Below are positions 33,371 through 34,012 of a stretch of DNA of 34,012 nt, piece by piece. The first letter of the stretch is position 1, and each line of letters begins with the position of its first letter. The stretch comes from a virus (lineage: Duplodnaviria; Caudoviricetes), in IMG/VR virus record IMGVR_UViG_3300037424_000300, positions 1 through 34,012 of that record, one strand, 5' to 3'. Below the pieces are notes generated by a model that searched no databases, was not told where the DNA came from, and saw nothing but the letters and a program-made list of their open reading frames with translations. A program made the position numbers and the translations under genes.

Positions 33371-34012
33371 TGATCACGTCCGGAAGGTTGCTGGTGTAGC
33401 CCATGCGGGGTTGAGGCACGGTAGCCGCCCGGTCGATGACGCCGCCCGGCAGGTTGGCGCGCTTCAGCAGGTCGAAGGCGCGCGTATACTCCTCTATAGC
33501 ACCAGCGGAATCCATGCCGTTGTTTGCCATGAAGTATCGCTTGATGCCCAGAACGATCAGGTCTTCCGGGATGAGGGCAACGTCTGTGTCGGCAGCGAAT
33601 GCGGCCTGAGCCGTCCCGGTAGCGTCAGTGCACCAGTTCTTTGACTGGTAGTCGAACGCCATCACCAAGCCAGCCGTGGGAGCTGGATAGAGGTGGAGTT
33701 GCGTCCCGCGCAGCCGGTAATGGAAGTGCAGCGACGTGCTGAGGGCCAGGGCGTTCATGGCGCGCCAGCGCAGAGGGTTCATGTCGCCAATCAGGCGGCG
33801 CTGTGTGGTCGTATCCCAGGCCGATTCGTCCGCCATCTTGTGGAAGTCCGATGGCAGGGCGTAGGCCGTGGCCGTGGTGGTCGCGAACGTGTGCTCCGTC
33901 AGCAGCTCACGCCAGGAGAATTGACGGGCGATCTCCCGGCCCGCCTTGTTGGCGAATGCGAGCAACTGCCGCGCCGCGTCGTTCCCGGTGTTGCCCGCGA
34001 CGTAGGTTATCG
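33363..34012 (-). CDS. Head-tail adaptor, 3' part
   Basis: W.EL, YALPSDF, LYPAP, FDYQSKNW, FAADTD..LIPEDLIVLG motifs. Confidence 0.85.
   Translation of the reverse strand, partial: ITYVAGNTGNDAARQLLAFANKAGREIARQFSWRELLTEHTFATTTATAYALPSDFHKMADESAWDTTTQRRLIGDMNPLRWRAMNALALSTSLHFHYRLRGTQLHLYPAPTAGLVMAFDYQSKNWCTDATGTAQAAFAADTDVALIPEDLIVLGIKRYFMANNGMDSAGAIEEYTRAFDLLKRANLPGGVIDRAATVPQPRMGYTSNLPDVINA
33886..34012. repeat. Terminal direct repeat, copy 2
   Basis: Identical to 1-127. Confidence 0.97.

Noticed and set aside
33886-34012. 127-bp terminal repeat as a biological direct terminal repeat or att site
   Set aside because: Its length matches an assembler k-mer and it falls mid-gene; better explained as circular overlap
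1-34012. tRNA, rRNA, IS elements, or an alternative genetic code
   Set aside because: No cloverleaf, rRNA or transposase signatures were seen; genes read intact with the standard code and use all three stop codons

Overview
The window appears to be a complete, circularly assembled, GC-rich tailed-phage genome of about 33,885 bp; positions 1-127 repeat exactly at 33886-34012. It has a short-tailed (podovirus-type) morphogenesis module, and the host is probably an alphaproteobacterium (inferred from a perfect CtrA box, a DUF6456-like regulator and a TIGR02594-like lysin). Almost all genes are on the minus strand. The early arm runs: small ORFs, DnaB helicase, HTH replication initiator with internal palindromic iterons, primase-polymerase, DUF1064 nuclease, putative late regulator. 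The late arm runs: lysis genes, fibre pair, TerS/TerL, portal, scaffold, major capsid, decoration protein, Maf-like glycosyltransferase/methyltransferase fusion, adaptor (across the junction), nozzle, GNAT, ejection proteins, tail fibre and a repeat-scaffold fibre module. The only plus-strand operon (19411-20874) encodes a Cro-like HTH and a 4-TM/coiled-coil/HTH protein. That second gene contains 16 TGGCCC/GGGCCA sites, partly helically phased, and is the best candidate for an undescribed system (a self-binding membrane tether or partition element). I recognised no integrase, CI repressor or ParA. All product calls come from motif recognition by eye; no database searches were run.
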